From the NCBI GenBank assembly GCA_964596525.1, contig CAZQUL010000001.1, positions 1,147,773 through 1,211,772 of the forward strand: 64,000 nucleotides of DNA, in the 5' to 3' direction. Below the pieces are notes generated by a model. That model worked only from the letters and a program-made list of their open reading frames with translations. It did not search any database and was not told where the DNA came from. A program made the translations under genes and the position numbers. The stretch comes from an uncultured Gammaproteobacteria bacterium. GTDB taxonomy: Bacteria; Patescibacteriota; Patescibacteriia; Magasanikbacterales; GWA2-37-8. Positions 38,225 through 47,663 of this stretch are shown in pieces (positions within the stretch are counted from its first letter, which is position 1; each line of letters starts with the position of its first letter).

Positions 38225-38470
38225 ATGCGCACGTCCCTGTTTGCACTCCTGGTTTCCAGCGCCCTGTTTACTGGGGTGACGATTGGTTATACGCTCGAGA
38301 AGGGCAAACCAATCGTGAGGATCAAGCAGTCCTCCGCCAAGGCCAAGGCTGATGATGGTGAATCGACCAAGTGCAAAACCTGCACGACTAATGCTGACTG
38401 CACAGGCGGCGCGCCGTGCGGCAGCACATGCATCCAATCGATCGTACCAGACTATAAGTACTGCGGCTAA
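38225..38470 (+). CDS. Small cysteine-rich protein with N-terminal hydrophobic segment (signal peptide or anchor), family member A (6 Cys)
   Basis: SD GAGGTGG; hydrophobic N-terminal segment ...FTGVTIGY; C-terminus KCKTCTTNADCTGGAPCGSTC; terminator downstream. Confidence 0.6.
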   Translation: MRTSLFALLVSSALFTGVTIGYTLEKGKPIVRIKQSSAKAKADDGESTKCKTCTTNADCTGGAPCGSTCIQSIVPDYKYCG

Positions 38471-38498
38471 CAATCACTCCAAGCCACCCGCCCAATCA

Positions 38499-38535
38499 TC
38501 AGGCGCGTTTGAAACGCGCGTGATGATTTTTTTAT
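38499..38535 (+). terminator. Intrinsic terminator (caggcgcgtt-tgaa-acgcgcgtg plus T7)
   Basis: Read directly. Confidence 0.65.
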
Positions 38536-38740
38536 TTAAACAGAACCGGCTTGAATCGATCGAAATGCTGCTAAAAAAGGGAGCTGTGCGTGTAACTTCT
38601 TTCTTAAATCCGCTGTAATGTACCTGATTTGACTTGACAAATCAATCGGTTAGGAGTAAGGTGAGCTGTCCTAGCAGGATTTTCCGTACCCCCTATTTGT
38701 AACAACAGGAGGTGAGACATGGACCACTGAGGAGGTGCCC

Positions 38741-39082
38741 ATGTTCCAGGTTACGTATTGGACGCACGATGATCCCACCCGCTCACGCTGCATTGATCTT
38801 TTTCCTGCCGACCCTCGCTTCCCGATGGTGTGCATCTGGACCCAGGTTGAGTTCGCAGCCGAAGCGTGGGATGTGACCGTCGACCCGGAGGGTTTCACGA
38901 TCGTTCCTCAGCCGCCGGAGATCGTCGAGCCTTGTGAAATGGCGAGTGAGATCATCGACGTCGTGGTGGCGGATTCCCCTATCGCGACGGCACTCATCGA
39001 CGCGATTCTGGCCTTTATCGTGGCCACGACGCCGCACCAGGATGCGCTCTACGCTGGCCTCAGCCATCCGCAGCACGCTTAG
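38741..39082 (+). CDS. Acidic cytoplasmic protein, hypothetical (114 aa)
   Basis: SD GAGGAGG 6 nt before the ATG; no TM; promoter-like TTGACA-17-TAAGGT about 100 nt upstream. Confidence 0.45.
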   Translation: MFQVTYWTHDDPTRSRCIDLFPADPRFPMVCIWTQVEFAAEAWDVTVDPEGFTIVPQPPEIVEPCEMASEIIDVVVADSPIATALIDAILAFIVATTPHQDALYAGLSHPQHA

Positions 39083-39178
39083 CTCCAAGCCCCCCCGCGG
39101 GGCTTTTATGTTTGTTGACTAAGCAGGATTTTCTTGATACGTTCTCTTGCGGATTCATAGACCAACGGAGGACACCAG

Positions 39179-39475
39179 ATGAAAAAACGTCGCGGTTATC
39201 AGCGCTTATGGGTAATGCTTGGCGCGATGATGATCTCTTCTTTACTCGATAACGCAGCCCGTAATTATTCTCGAGAAACAACGCTTACCGCCAGAGTGCC
39301 ACAAGCATGCGCAGTTACCGGTTGCGGTACGGTCTGTACGAGCGACAACGAATGCCTAAACGACCGATGTCCCGACTGCGTAAAAAAAGGAGACCGCCAT
39401 GTGTGCTCAAAGATCGTAGACGAACGGACAGCCGGAAGCATCCGATTCACTACCCCCTCACGCTCACAGCATTAA
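39179..39475 (+). CDS. Small cysteine-rich protein with N-terminal hydrophobic segment (signal peptide or anchor), family member B (7 Cys)
   Basis: SD ACGGAGG; promoter TTGACT...TGaTACGTT; ACAVTGCGTVCTSDNECLNDRCPDC. Confidence 0.6.
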   Translation: MKKRRGYQRLWVMLGAMMISSLLDNAARNYSRETTLTARVPQACAVTGCGTVCTSDNECLNDRCPDCVKKGDRHVCSKIVDERTAGSIRFTTPSRSQH

Positions 39476-39503
39476 GCGCCACACTCGGGTGTTGAGCGCT
39501 TTT

Positions 39504-40124
39504 TCATTTAAAAACTACGGCAACCGATACGCTCGGAACGAGCAAACCCACCAAACGGCGTATTTCCTCTTCAGTCTCTCTCTGGATTTCCTGCCGCAGT
39601 TCGGGAGTTTGAGCAGCCTTTTCCGCCTCTGTTTTAAGGGCAGTAAGCGCTTGATTATATCCATCGTCGCTATCAAAGATCTTTTTGAGTACGCCTTGGG
39701 TATTTTTAACTGTCACCGCCCCGATAATTTCGGTACTATAGTGAGTCGGAAGCGGCAGGGCGATGGTTAATTGGCCGCCGCTCTCTTGAATATCGGCTGC
39801 GGCAAGTTTAGATAAATCGACACCCGAACTTATCTTTACGTGCGCGCTCGCGGAAATGTATTGTTTCCAGAGCACGTCTTTAAAGAAACTACCCGCAGTG
39901 TTGTTGATATCCACGGTTTGATTGAAGAGGTATGTTTGTGTAATAAGAAAGCCTTGTCCACGCAATGCTAAAAGGATGGTTTGGGACGTAGGTCGGGATG
40001 TTTCCGTTTCTGTCTTTCGATAGAGGCTGCGAGCGGTAAAAAAACCGCCGATGAACACAGCCGCGACGCACGCGGCAACGATGAGATATTTTTTAGGCAT
40101 ACGATGTTCTACAGACTTATCCAA
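39504..40124 (-). CDS. Membrane-anchored protein, possibly DUF4230-like, hypothetical
   Basis: Single N-terminal TM; about 200 aa. Confidence 0.45.
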   Translation of the reverse strand: MDKSVEHRMPKKYLIVAACVAAVFIGGFFTARSLYRKTETETSRPTSQTILLALRGQGFLITQTYLFNQTVDINNTAGSFFKDVLWKQYISASAHVKISSGVDLSKLAAADIQESGGQLTIALPLPTHYSTEIIGAVTVKNTQGVLKKIFDSDDGYNQALTALKTEAEKAAQTPELRQEIQRETEEEIRRLVGLLVPSVSVAVVFK

Positions 40125-40132
40125 AATATACT

Positions 40133-40160
40133 TGACTATTTTATCATGTTTAATATACTG
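40133..40160 (+). promoter_or_regulatory. Strong sigma70-like promoter TTGACT-16-TATACT for Cys-rich gene C
   Basis: Read directly. Confidence 0.5.
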
Positions 40161-40195
40161 TGTTTTGCCTTGATAACCCCAGAGGAGAACACATC

Positions 40196-40399
40196 GTGAA
40201 CAAGGTTAGAGCCTTAATCGTAGCTAGCACCACCGCGTTGACCATTCTTACCGGAATTGCGGCCGATCGTTTATGGAACGGCCGTTGGTTCTGGAAAAAT
40301 TCGGCGTGTGCCGGAATCGGCGAATGCATTCGCAATTCCTGCACGCAGCAGATGCAGTGTTCCGGCAATTGTAAGTGCATAAATAATATCTGCCAGTAG
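40196..40399 (+). CDS. Small cysteine-rich protein with N-terminal hydrophobic segment (signal peptide or anchor), family member C (7 Cys)
   Basis: GTG start with GAGGAG SD; ACAGIGECIRNSCTQQMQCSGNCKC. Confidence 0.55.
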   Translation: MNKVRALIVASTTALTILTGIAADRLWNGRWFWKNSACAGIGECIRNSCTQQMQCSGNCKCINNICQ

Positions 40400-40532
40400 G
40401 CCACGCCGCAAACGCCCCAAGGAGGGCTTTTTTGTAATCAGATTTTCACCTCTATTGACAAATAACTTACACCCCGGTTATCGTTAGAGATGTTCTTCTA
40501 AACAAACCACCCACACGAAGAAAGGAAGAGCC

Positions 40533-40823
40533 ATGCGCATGGGAAGCCTCCATCTGCCGAATTTTAAAAAAGCTTCTATTCTCTTGGGCATTACTTGTAT
40601 TTTTTCCGGACTCACCTGCAGCTTCCCATCCTCGCCAGGAAATAGACTGCCGACCATCGCCGTCAATCAGGCGTGCAGCGAAGGAAATTCTAATTGCCAG
40701 GTGTGTACTGAGGACAGGGAGTGTTCTGGAGCAGCGTGCGGGCCAAAATGCGATTGGTGGGTTTACATCGGACAAGTACCGGTCGAAAAGTATGGAAAAC
40801 GCTGCCGCGATCAGGTGCGCTAA
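40533..40823 (+). CDS. Small cysteine-rich protein with N-terminal hydrophobic segment (signal peptide or anchor), family member D
   Basis: SD AAGGAAG; hydrophobic N-terminus; ACSEGNSNCQVCTEDRECSGAACGPKC. Confidence 0.55.
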   Translation: MRMGSLHLPNFKKASILLGITCIFSGLTCSFPSSPGNRLPTIAVNQACSEGNSNCQVCTEDRECSGAACGPKCDWWVYIGQVPVEKYGKRCRDQVR

Positions 40824-40862
40824 AGAGGCTTTTCTATCTTGGCCCTGCAACCTTAGGAGGAC

Positions 40863-41123
40863 ATGATGCGACTAAGATCTCTCTCGAAACGTACGAGGAT
40901 AGGTATTTTCGCAGCTCTCGCGCTCACCACTACCTTTTTCGGCGGCGTGACGATCAAGCGCAATTTTCTTGAGCCGTCGCCGCGGGCAGCCTGCGCTTCT
41001 GGCGGATGTACCGCGGATTGTACAGCGAGCGGCAGCTGTAGCGGCGACTGCACCTGTAACGGCTCTGTCGGCGACAAGAAGCGCAGTTGCGTATCTCCTC
41101 CGGGCGGCCACGTCGGCCGCTAG
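40863..41123 (+). CDS. Small cysteine-rich protein with N-terminal hydrophobic segment (signal peptide or anchor), family member E (7 Cys)
   Basis: SD TAGGAGG; leader ...FGGVTIK; ACASGGCTADCTASGSCSGDCTC; terminator downstream. Confidence 0.6.
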   Translation: MMRLRSLSKRTRIGIFAALALTTTFFGGVTIKRNFLEPSPRAACASGGCTADCTASGSCSGDCTCNGSVGDKKRSCVSPPGGHVGR

Positions 41124-41296
41124 GATGAGCTGAACTGGGCAGAATATAGACTGTTTCTCCCACGCGCCTTAACGGCGCTTTTTTATTAATCTGCGTACTT
41201 ACTTCAATTTATTTTATCTTGACAATTCGCTGAACCGACCACATAATTCACATGGCCTTGAAAGAACAACATGATTACGAAAAAGGATGAGAACCC

Positions 41297-41710
41297 ATGC
41301 ACAATCCGCTCAAGAACCTGACTCGGACCAAACTCGCGATCGGTTTTTCGGTCGTCATTTCTGGTCTATTATCCGGAGTAACGATTGGCCGCCAGCACGG
41401 GCCCTTCAAGCAGAACAAGGCTTGCGCCGGGGATCGCGAGTGCGAGCCAACCTGTTCTAAAAATGAAGACTGCCACAGCATGTGCAAGTGCTGCATCCAA
41501 AAAGGTCGATCGACTGGAAAGTGCATTCAGAAGTGCACGAAGTGCGACACGAACGGCCCTATCGCCTCCTGGCTGGACCAGATGCTGTCGATCCCCACGG
41601 CAGCGGCAGACTGCCGGCCGGTTAATGCTTGTGAAGACGACTCCGACTGCCTAATGCCCGGTTCGCGGTGTGTCTCCACGCCGTGCGGAAACCGCTGCCA
41701 GGGAAAATGA
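41297..41710 (+). CDS. Cysteine-rich protein with N-terminal hydrophobic segment (signal peptide or anchor), family member F (two Cys-rich modules, 19 Cys)
   Basis: Promoter TTGACA-17-CATAAT; leader ...LSGVTIGR; ACAGDRECEPTCSKNEDCHSMCKCC plus a second Cys-rich module; terminator downstream. Confidence 0.6.
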   Translation: MHNPLKNLTRTKLAIGFSVVISGLLSGVTIGRQHGPFKQNKACAGDRECEPTCSKNEDCHSMCKCCIQKGRSTGKCIQKCTKCDTNGPIASWLDQMLSIPTAAADCRPVNACEDDSDCLMPGSRCVSTPCGNRCQGK

Positions 41711-41771
41711 ACAGTATCCTCCCCTAGTCAGCGCTACACTTGAAAGTAGCGCTTCTGGATCATAACCGCCT

Positions 41772-41797
41772 TTAGGCGGTTTTTTCATCCAAACATC
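41772..41797 (+). terminator. Intrinsic terminator (aaccgcc-tttag-gcggtt plus T6)
   Basis: Read directly. Confidence 0.6.
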
Positions 41798-41839
41798 TAA
41801 CCCCGTGCCACGCACAGGGTTAGTCTGTTTAGCGGCGAG

Positions 41840-43753
41840 CTATTTTACCACTTCGCCTTCAATCGGACCTTCATCTTTCTTGTCATTCGATGCTCCAGCA
41901 TCAGATCCTGGTGCGGCTCCCCCGCCCTGCTTAGCCTGCTGTTCCTGCGCGTACATCTTGGTTCCGACCGCCTGCGCTGCATTCGAGAGCTCGTCAACAG
42001 CTTTCTTCATCGCTTCTACATCATCCTTGTCTTTCACTTCCTTGAGTTTTGCGAGTCCTTCCTGGACTTTCTTTTTCTCATCGTCAGTAATGGAAGAAAT
42101 CTTTTTCTCTTCCACGTCCTTCATCATCTTTTCGGTCGTGTAGATCATCGTGTCGGCGATGTTGCGCGCTTCGATGAGTTCTTGTTTTTTCTTGTCTTCG
42201 CCAGCATGCGCTTCAGCATCTTTTTTCATGCGTTCGATTTCGTCTTTCGACAAACCGGTCGAAGCTTCGATGCGCACCGACTGTTCTTTGCCGGTCGCTT
42301 TGTCTTTGGCCTTCACGTTCAAGATGCCGTTAGCATCGATGTCGAAGGTTACTTCGACCTGCGGTACGCCGCGCGGAGCCGGCGGGATATCGCCGAGGAT
42401 GAACCGTCCGAGCGTCTTGTTATCTCCTGCCATCGGGCGCTCGCCCTGGAGTACGTGGATTTCCACACTCGGCTGATTGTCCGAGGCAGTCGAGAAGACC
42501 TGCGATTTGCTCGCCGGGATCGTGGTATTGCGTTCGATGAGTTTGGTCATCACGCCACCCATGGTTTCGATACCAAGAGAAAGCGGGGTGACATCAAGAA
42601 GAAGCACGTCTTTTACATCACCGCGGAGTACGCCTCCCTGTACCGCCGCGCCGACCGCGACGACTTCGTCGGGGTTCACGCTGATATTGGGTTTTTTGTT
42701 GAAGAATTTTTCGACCGAGGAGTAGACGAGCGGCATGCGCGTCATACCGCCGACCATCACGACTTCGTCAATCTGGCTCGTCGAGAGCTTGGCGTCTTCA
42801 AGCGCGCGCTTGACCGGTTCCATGGTTTTTTTAACCAGATCACCGACCAATTCTTCGAGCTTGGCACGGGTAAGTTTCATCACCAAGTGCTTCGGACCAG
42901 TCGCATCCGACGTGATGAACGGTTGGTTGATTTCGGATTCCTGCGCAGTCGAAAGTTCGATCTTCGCTTTTTCGGCAGCTTCTTTGATGCGCTGCAGAGC
43001 GAGCGGATCTTTGGAGAGATCGATGGTTTCGGTTTTCTTGAATTCATCGAGGATCCAGCGGATAATAACCTGATCGAAGTCATCGCCGCCAAGATGCGTA
43101 TCGCCGTTCGTCGAAAGCACCTGTACCGAGTCGGCGCTTACTTCGAGCACTGATACGTCGAACGTGCCGCCGCCGAGGTCGTAAACCATGATTTTCTGGT
43201 CTTTCTTTTTATCGAAACCGTAAGCGAGCGCGGCTGCGGTCGGTTCGTTGATGATGCGGAGCACTTTCAGACCCGCGATCTCGCCCGCATCTTTGGTGGC
43301 CTGGCGCTGCGCATCGTCGAAGTACGCCGGAACGGTGATAACCGCTTCGGTGATTTTTTCACCCACGCGCTCTTCGGCATCAGCTTTGAGTTTCTGAAGC
43401 ACCATCGCCGAGATTTCCTGCGGCGTGTATTCTTTGCCGCCCATCACGACTTTCACGCCTTCGCCGGACTTGATGATCTTGTACGGCATCAGGTTCAGGT
43501 CGCGCTGCACTTCGGCATCATCCCACTTGCGGCCGATAAGGCGCTTGATGGAATAGAGCGTGTTTTCCGGGTTGGTGACGGCCTGGCGCTTGGCCAGCTG
43601 ACCCACGAGGCGCTCGGCGCTTTTCGAGGTCGCGATCATGGACGGCGTCGTGCGCGCGCCTTCCTTGTTTTCTAATACTTTCGGCTGGCCGCCTTCGATG
43701 ATGGCCATGCACGAATTGGTTGTACCGAGGTCGATTCCGAGGACTTTGGACAT
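41840..43753 (-). CDS. dnaK: Chaperone DnaK (Hsp70)
   Basis: [16 protein letters not shown] and other Hsp70 signatures; start at M15. Confidence 0.9.
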   Translation of the reverse strand: MSKVLGIDLGTTNSCMAIIEGGQPKVLENKEGARTTPSMIATSKSAERLVGQLAKRQAVTNPENTLYSIKRLIGRKWDDAEVQRDLNLMPYKIIKSGEGVKVVMGGKEYTPQEISAMVLQKLKADAEERVGEKITEAVITVPAYFDDAQRQATKDAGEIAGLKVLRIINEPTAAALAYGFDKKKDQKIMVYDLGGGTFDVSVLEVSADSVQVLSTNGDTHLGGDDFDQVIIRWILDEFKKTETIDLSKDPLALQRIKEAAEKAKIELSTAQESEINQPFITSDATGPKHLVMKLTRAKLEELVGDLVKKTMEPVKRALEDAKLSTSQIDEVVMVGGMTRMPLVYSSVEKFFNKKPNISVNPDEVVAVGAAVQGGVLRGDVKDVLLLDVTPLSLGIETMGGVMTKLIERNTTIPASKSQVFSTASDNQPSVEIHVLQGERPMAGDNKTLGRFILGDIPPAPRGVPQVEVTFDIDANGILNVKAKDKATGKEQSVRIEASTGLSKDEIERMKKDAEAHAGEDKKKQELIEARNIADTMIYTTEKMMKDVEEKKISSITDDEKKKVQEGLAKLKEVKDKDDVEAMKKAVDELSNAAQAVGTKMYAQEQQAKQGGGAAPGSDAGASNDKKDEGPIEGEVVK

Positions 43754-43757
43754 AGAA

Positions 43758-44177
43758 TTATCTATTAGAGTTATAAATATGAGGCTTAAATACATTCACA
43801 GATTTTTTATTCTCCGGAAAAACTAGCAATTCATTACTACATTCTTGATTAGGGCATTTAAAATTATCTTCGTTTGAATTAACTGGGACAAGTCTCATGG
43901 CAATTTGTTTTTTATCCCAGCAGGATGTGCAAAATGGCCCTCTTTCATGCATGGGTATTTTTTTATCCTTGAGCCAATAAGTATAGTTAATAACCTCTAT
44001 ACTTTCTTTAAACTTCAGTTTCTCCATTAAATCCTGATTTTTTTCTTTTAGAGCTGCATTTTCTGCAAGTAATTTACTTACATCTTTTTGCAACTCAAGG
44101 ACATTATTATGCAATTCAATGTTTCGAGCTTGCCCAGCCAGGTCAGCTAAAGTTTTAAGATTATCTAGAATAGCCAT
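43758..44177 (-). CDS. Coiled-coil protein with a C-terminal CxxC...CxxxC zinc ribbon, hypothetical (AT-rich)
   Basis: CTSCWDKK...CPNQEC; markedly AT-rich codon usage compared with the flanks. Confidence 0.45.
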   Translation of the reverse strand: MAILDNLKTLADLAGQARNIELHNNVLELQKDVSKLLAENAALKEKNQDLMEKLKFKESIEVINYTYWLKDKKIPMHERGPFCTSCWDKKQIAMRLVPVNSNEDNFKCPNQECSNELLVFPENKKSVNVFKPHIYNSNR

Positions 44178-44180
44178 AAA

Positions 44181-44672
44181 TTAACTTAAAATTTTAACTA
44201 AAATTTTCCTCTTCATTTCATAACCAGAATTTTCATAAAACTTTATAACCTTTTCATTAGCACTTTCAACTTCAAGAAAAATTCTAGTACAATCCTTCTC
44301 TTTTAAATATTTCTCAATTTCTTCAATTAACCTTGAACCAATGCCTAATTTCCTCACTTCTTCTCTCACAAATAACTCAAGAATAAAACCATTCTTATTC
44401 TCCCCCTCCGCAATCCGCTCAGTTTCTTCCTGATCTTCAATGATACCTGCCGTAAAACCGACAATCTTACCATCATCAAGCGCCACGAACATCCGACCAT
44501 CCTTTTCTTCGAGAGATTTAAGCAGCGCAGGCACAAAAGCTTTTCCGAATTCCGGCGAGCGACTCGAACGAACAGGCTGTTCGAGTCCGGCGTAATAATC
44601 TTCAAACTCATTCATGAGACGGATTATCGAATCTGTGTCGCCGGTTTTAAATTCTCGAATCGAGATATCCAT
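44181..44672 (-). CDS. GNAT-family N-acetyltransferase
   Basis: Acetyl-CoA motif A-like RKLGIGSRLIEEIEKY; start at M18. Confidence 0.6.
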   Translation of the reverse strand: MDISIREFKTGDTDSIIRLMNEFEDYYAGLEQPVRSSRSPEFGKAFVPALLKSLEEKDGRMFVALDDGKIVGFTAGIIEDQEETERIAEGENKNGFILELFVREEVRKLGIGSRLIEEIEKYLKEKDCTRIFLEVESANEKVIKFYENSGYEMKRKILVKILS

Positions 44673-44685
44673 AACAGACGAATGA

Positions 44686-45255
44686 TTATTTAATCGGATC
44701 CGCCTCCAAATAAATATCCGCAAACCTCTTCTTCATCAATTTAACGTGCGTTTCGCGGATACTATCCGAAAAATCTTCCGGCTTAACACCCCATTTCTGT
44801 AATTCCGATTCAATATCTTCCGCGGTTTTTTTGACAATCAATACCGACGGAAATTTCTCTACTGAACGAATTTCTTCTCGCAAGAACTGCTGCCACGTGC
44901 CGTCGATGACCCATTCCTCCTTGTCGATTTCGGCGTTTATATAGTCGTGCTCGGTAACCACCCATCCACCGGGATATTCGTAGATCTGAGCGTTCGGCGC
45001 GATTTCTTTAACCAGCGGGAGAAGCTCTTCGCACACGACTATGCACGTACCTTTCTTAAAAACATCGGCCGCGTTCATTTTGCGCAGAGCGGCAACTTTT
45101 TCGTAGGCCTGATTCGTCATGTCAATGAGACGCTTTTTGATTTCGTTTTTTTCTTTGTTTTCTTTAAAACCGGAATCTCTCTGGCCAATGTTAGGGCGAA
45201 GCGTATCCATAGGATTACTTTTTGATTTCACTACCAACCTTTTTAATCTCTCCAT
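44686..45255 (-). CDS. Hypothetical protein (start uncertain; M16 at 45210 would avoid overlap with the upstream gene)
   Basis: ORF only. Confidence 0.35.
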   Translation of the reverse strand: MERLKRLVVKSKSNPMDTLRPNIGQRDSGFKENKEKNEIKKRLIDMTNQAYEKVAALRKMNAADVFKKGTCIVVCEELLPLVKEIAPNAQIYEYPGGWVVTEHDYINAEIDKEEWVIDGTWQQFLREEIRSVEKFPSVLIVKKTAEDIESELQKWGVKPEDFSDSIRETHVKLMKKRFADIYLEADPIK

Positions 45256-45760
45256 ACATCCAATACCCCCACAGTGCCGTAACGATCAGTTCAAAATACC
45301 GCCCGAACACGCGCGCGAACACGACGAATCCGTCGAACACCGCACCCGACACAGACCGAGGAAGGAAGAGCGTGACGATTTCAAACGCAAGCTGGAAAAG
45401 TAAAACGTAGAACAAGGCGTAAAAATACATATTCACCATGCGCCACATCGTAACGCTCGAATTTTTTATGGCCGGCACAAATTGTTTAAGACCATAACCG
45501 ACGACGCAGGTGGCCAGCAGACGCACTGCCGTAACACGCACCACAATAGCGATGACCGCAAAAACAGCAAACGCCAAAAAGCCCGCTGGCATCTGTTCTT
45601 TCACCTGGGTAAAAGCAGCAAAACCACCAAAAGCTAACGTGGCCGTAATAATAGCAAGCACTAACAGGACGGCATCAATAACCACGAGCTGCCACGCCAA
45701 TTTCGTCGATGACAACTCCGGCAAAAACTTCTGTGGTGAAAAAATATTTTTCCAATTCAT
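45215..45760 (-). CDS. Multi-TM membrane protein, hypothetical
   Basis: 4-5 hydrophobic helices. Confidence 0.45.
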   Translation of the reverse strand: MNWKNIFSPQKFLPELSSTKLAWQLVVIDAVLLVLAIITATLAFGGFAAFTQVKEQMPAGFLAFAVFAVIAIVVRVTAVRLLATCVVGYGLKQFVPAIKNSSVTMWRMVNMYFYALFYVLLFQLAFEIVTLFLPRSVSGAVFDGFVVFARVFGRYFELIVTALWGYWMYGEIKKVGSEIKK

Positions 45761-45841
45761 AGATGGGTTACAGAGAATTAGGCTTTCAGACCCCGACTGG
45801 TTGCGTGCAACGAGTCGGGCATCTGAAGGACCAATCGCGGT

Positions 45842-46276
45842 TTATTTCTTATTCACTTTCACTTCGATCTTTTTCGCCACTGTCGCCTCGGCTTTTGGGC
45901 AGCTGATTTTGAGCATTCCGTTCTCGAATTCAGCACTGACTTTGTCTTCCATTACCTGGGTCGGGAGGAGTACTTCACGATAGAACGAACCACTCCGTAC
46001 TTCTTTGCGGTAATAATTCTTCTCATCCACTTCGTGTTCGCGCTTGCTTTCACCTTTGATGGTGAGCACGCCTTTTTGCACGGTAATTTCTACATCTTCG
46101 GGCTTTACTCCGGCGAGCGGAGTTTCTACCATTACGGCTTTGTCCGTTTCATACACGTCAAGCGCTGGCACGAACGATTTGAGGGATTTTCCCGGCACCA
46201 CCATCGGGAAACGATCATTGAACATGTCTTCCATGTCTTTGAAGGCATCCATGGGAGACCAACGAATGAGTGACAT
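45842..46276 (-). CDS. Small heat-shock protein (Hsp20/alpha-crystallin)
   Basis: MSLIRW...alpha-crystallin domain; start at the ATG with AGGAG 6 nt upstream (track GTG start 46291). Confidence 0.8.
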   Translation of the reverse strand: MSLIRWSPMDAFKDMEDMFNDRFPMVVPGKSLKSFVPALDVYETDKAVMVETPLAGVKPEDVEITVQKGVLTIKGESKREHEVDEKNYYRKEVRSGSFYREVLLPTQVMEDKVSAEFENGMLKISCPKAEATVAKKIEVKVNKK

Positions 46277-46340
46277 ATACTTCTCCTGCACCTACAGTGT
46301 CGTAAGGCAAAGCAGGTGCTTAAGAATAAATAGTTTCTTC

Positions 46341-46401
46341 GTCATTGCGAGGAGCACAGCGATAAAGCAATCCCCAGTCGTTCCTCCTTCCTCGCAATGA
46401 C
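46341..46401. repeat. Palindromic intergenic repeat element, copy 2 (12-bp perfect stem gtcattgcgagg/cctcgcaatgac) in the hsp20 upstream region
   Basis: Shares arms and core with the copy at 8254-8360. Confidence 0.6.
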
Positions 46402-46408
46402 ATAACTA

Positions 46409-46957
46409 TTACTTTGCAACCATTACTTTCGCCACTTTAACGACTTTTCCGGCCAGTACATACCCGCCGTCCAGCTCGCGGATAATCTCGCCCGCTTTCT
46501 TTCCTTCCATATCTTCCTCGCCTACCGCTTCATGGCGCGAGGGATCGAATTGTTCACCGACGGTTTTTATTTCTTCGATGCCGTTATTTTTGAGCACGTC
46601 GCCGAATTGCTTCATGATGAATCCAATACCGGCCGCCCAATTTTCTTGCTCTTTGCTCCAACCATCCTGCTTTTTACTTGCGAACGCTTTCTTGAAATTG
46701 TCGTAGACCGGAATGAAGTCTTCGAGAATCTGAAGCTTGCTCATCTGTGCCCATTCGCTACGACGCGCAGCGGTTTCTTTTTGGAGGTTTTGATAATCAG
46801 CAAGAGCGCGCTGCCAGCCTTGCTTGTATTCTTCGCACTGTTTGGCGAGCGTATCGTCAAGCGGAGCGGCTTGAGGTTCATTCGGCTGCGATTGCGCCTG
46901 AGAAACATCGTTGGCATTCTGGATCTGTTCCTCATTATCAGGTGTTGTATCGAACAT
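46409..46957 (-). CDS. grpE: Nucleotide exchange factor GrpE
   Basis: Coiled-coil N-terminus and GrpE C-terminal beta domain. Confidence 0.8.
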   Translation of the reverse strand: MFDTTPDNEEQIQNANDVSQAQSQPNEPQAAPLDDTLAKQCEEYKQGWQRALADYQNLQKETAARRSEWAQMSKLQILEDFIPVYDNFKKAFASKKQDGWSKEQENWAAGIGFIMKQFGDVLKNNGIEEIKTVGEQFDPSRHEAVGEEDMEGKKAGEIIRELDGGYVLAGKVVKVAKVMVAK

Positions 46958-46969
46958 AGCGGTAAAAAA

Positions 46970-47659
46970 TTAGTTCCGTAAAAGTTCTGCGGCTTTGGCG
47001 ATGAGCGGCACATGATAGGTGTAATCCATGCGCTCCGGGCCGAGCATGATAAGGAGCTCGTCTTCTGCCCCCCAGCGCACCGCAACAAGGCCAAGACGCT
47101 CACCGAACGGATGTTCGCTGCCTACAAAGCACGTGGGAACGCTCGGCGCTTGTGGAGCGAAGAGCTGCACACAACGCTCGAATTGATCGAAAAGGCGCGA
47201 AAAGTTGGTGATTTCTTCAACATCTTTAAATTCCGGCTGGGCGAAAAGGCTGGAGAGTCCGGTATAATAGAATGAGCTGAGCGAAAAGGTGACAAGTACG
47301 AGTTCGGAGGTAAGTTCAACGAGCGTTTTAGCTACTTCTTTTTTCTGACGCTCCAGGTCTTTTCCGTCACGATGCGCGGATTCGAGCGCAGACTCATCAC
47401 GACGAGACAACTTTCCTTTGGTCCAATCGATGTTATTTAGATATTGTCGAAAGCCTTTGCTCGTGGGGATGCGTCCAGCCGAAGTGTGCGGATGGGTAAG
47501 AAAGCCATCTTCTTCGAGCGCGCGCAGGTCATTTCGCACCGTTGCCTCACTCCAATCAAGCCCGCCTTCGGCTACCAGAAATTTGGATCCTACCGGTTCG
47601 GCGGTCTTGATATAGTGATTGACGACAAGTTCGAAGAGGTGGTACTGGCGTTCGTTCAT
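46970..47659 (-). CDS. hrcA: Heat-inducible transcriptional repressor HrcA
   Basis: wHTH N-terminus (PVGSKFL) plus the HrcA C-terminal domain; start at M17. Confidence 0.75.
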   Translation of the reverse strand: MNERQYHLFELVVNHYIKTAEPVGSKFLVAEGGLDWSEATVRNDLRALEEDGFLTHPHTSAGRIPTSKGFRQYLNNIDWTKGKLSRRDESALESAHRDGKDLERQKKEVAKTLVELTSELVLVTFSLSSFYYTGLSSLFAQPEFKDVEEITNFSRLFDQFERCVQLFAPQAPSVPTCFVGSEHPFGERLGLVAVRWGAEDELLIMLGPERMDYTYHVPLIAKAAELLRN

Positions 47660-47663
47660 ATGA

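Noticed and set aside
42182-43153. 323-aa + strand ORF and neighbours
   Set aside because: Antisense to dnaK
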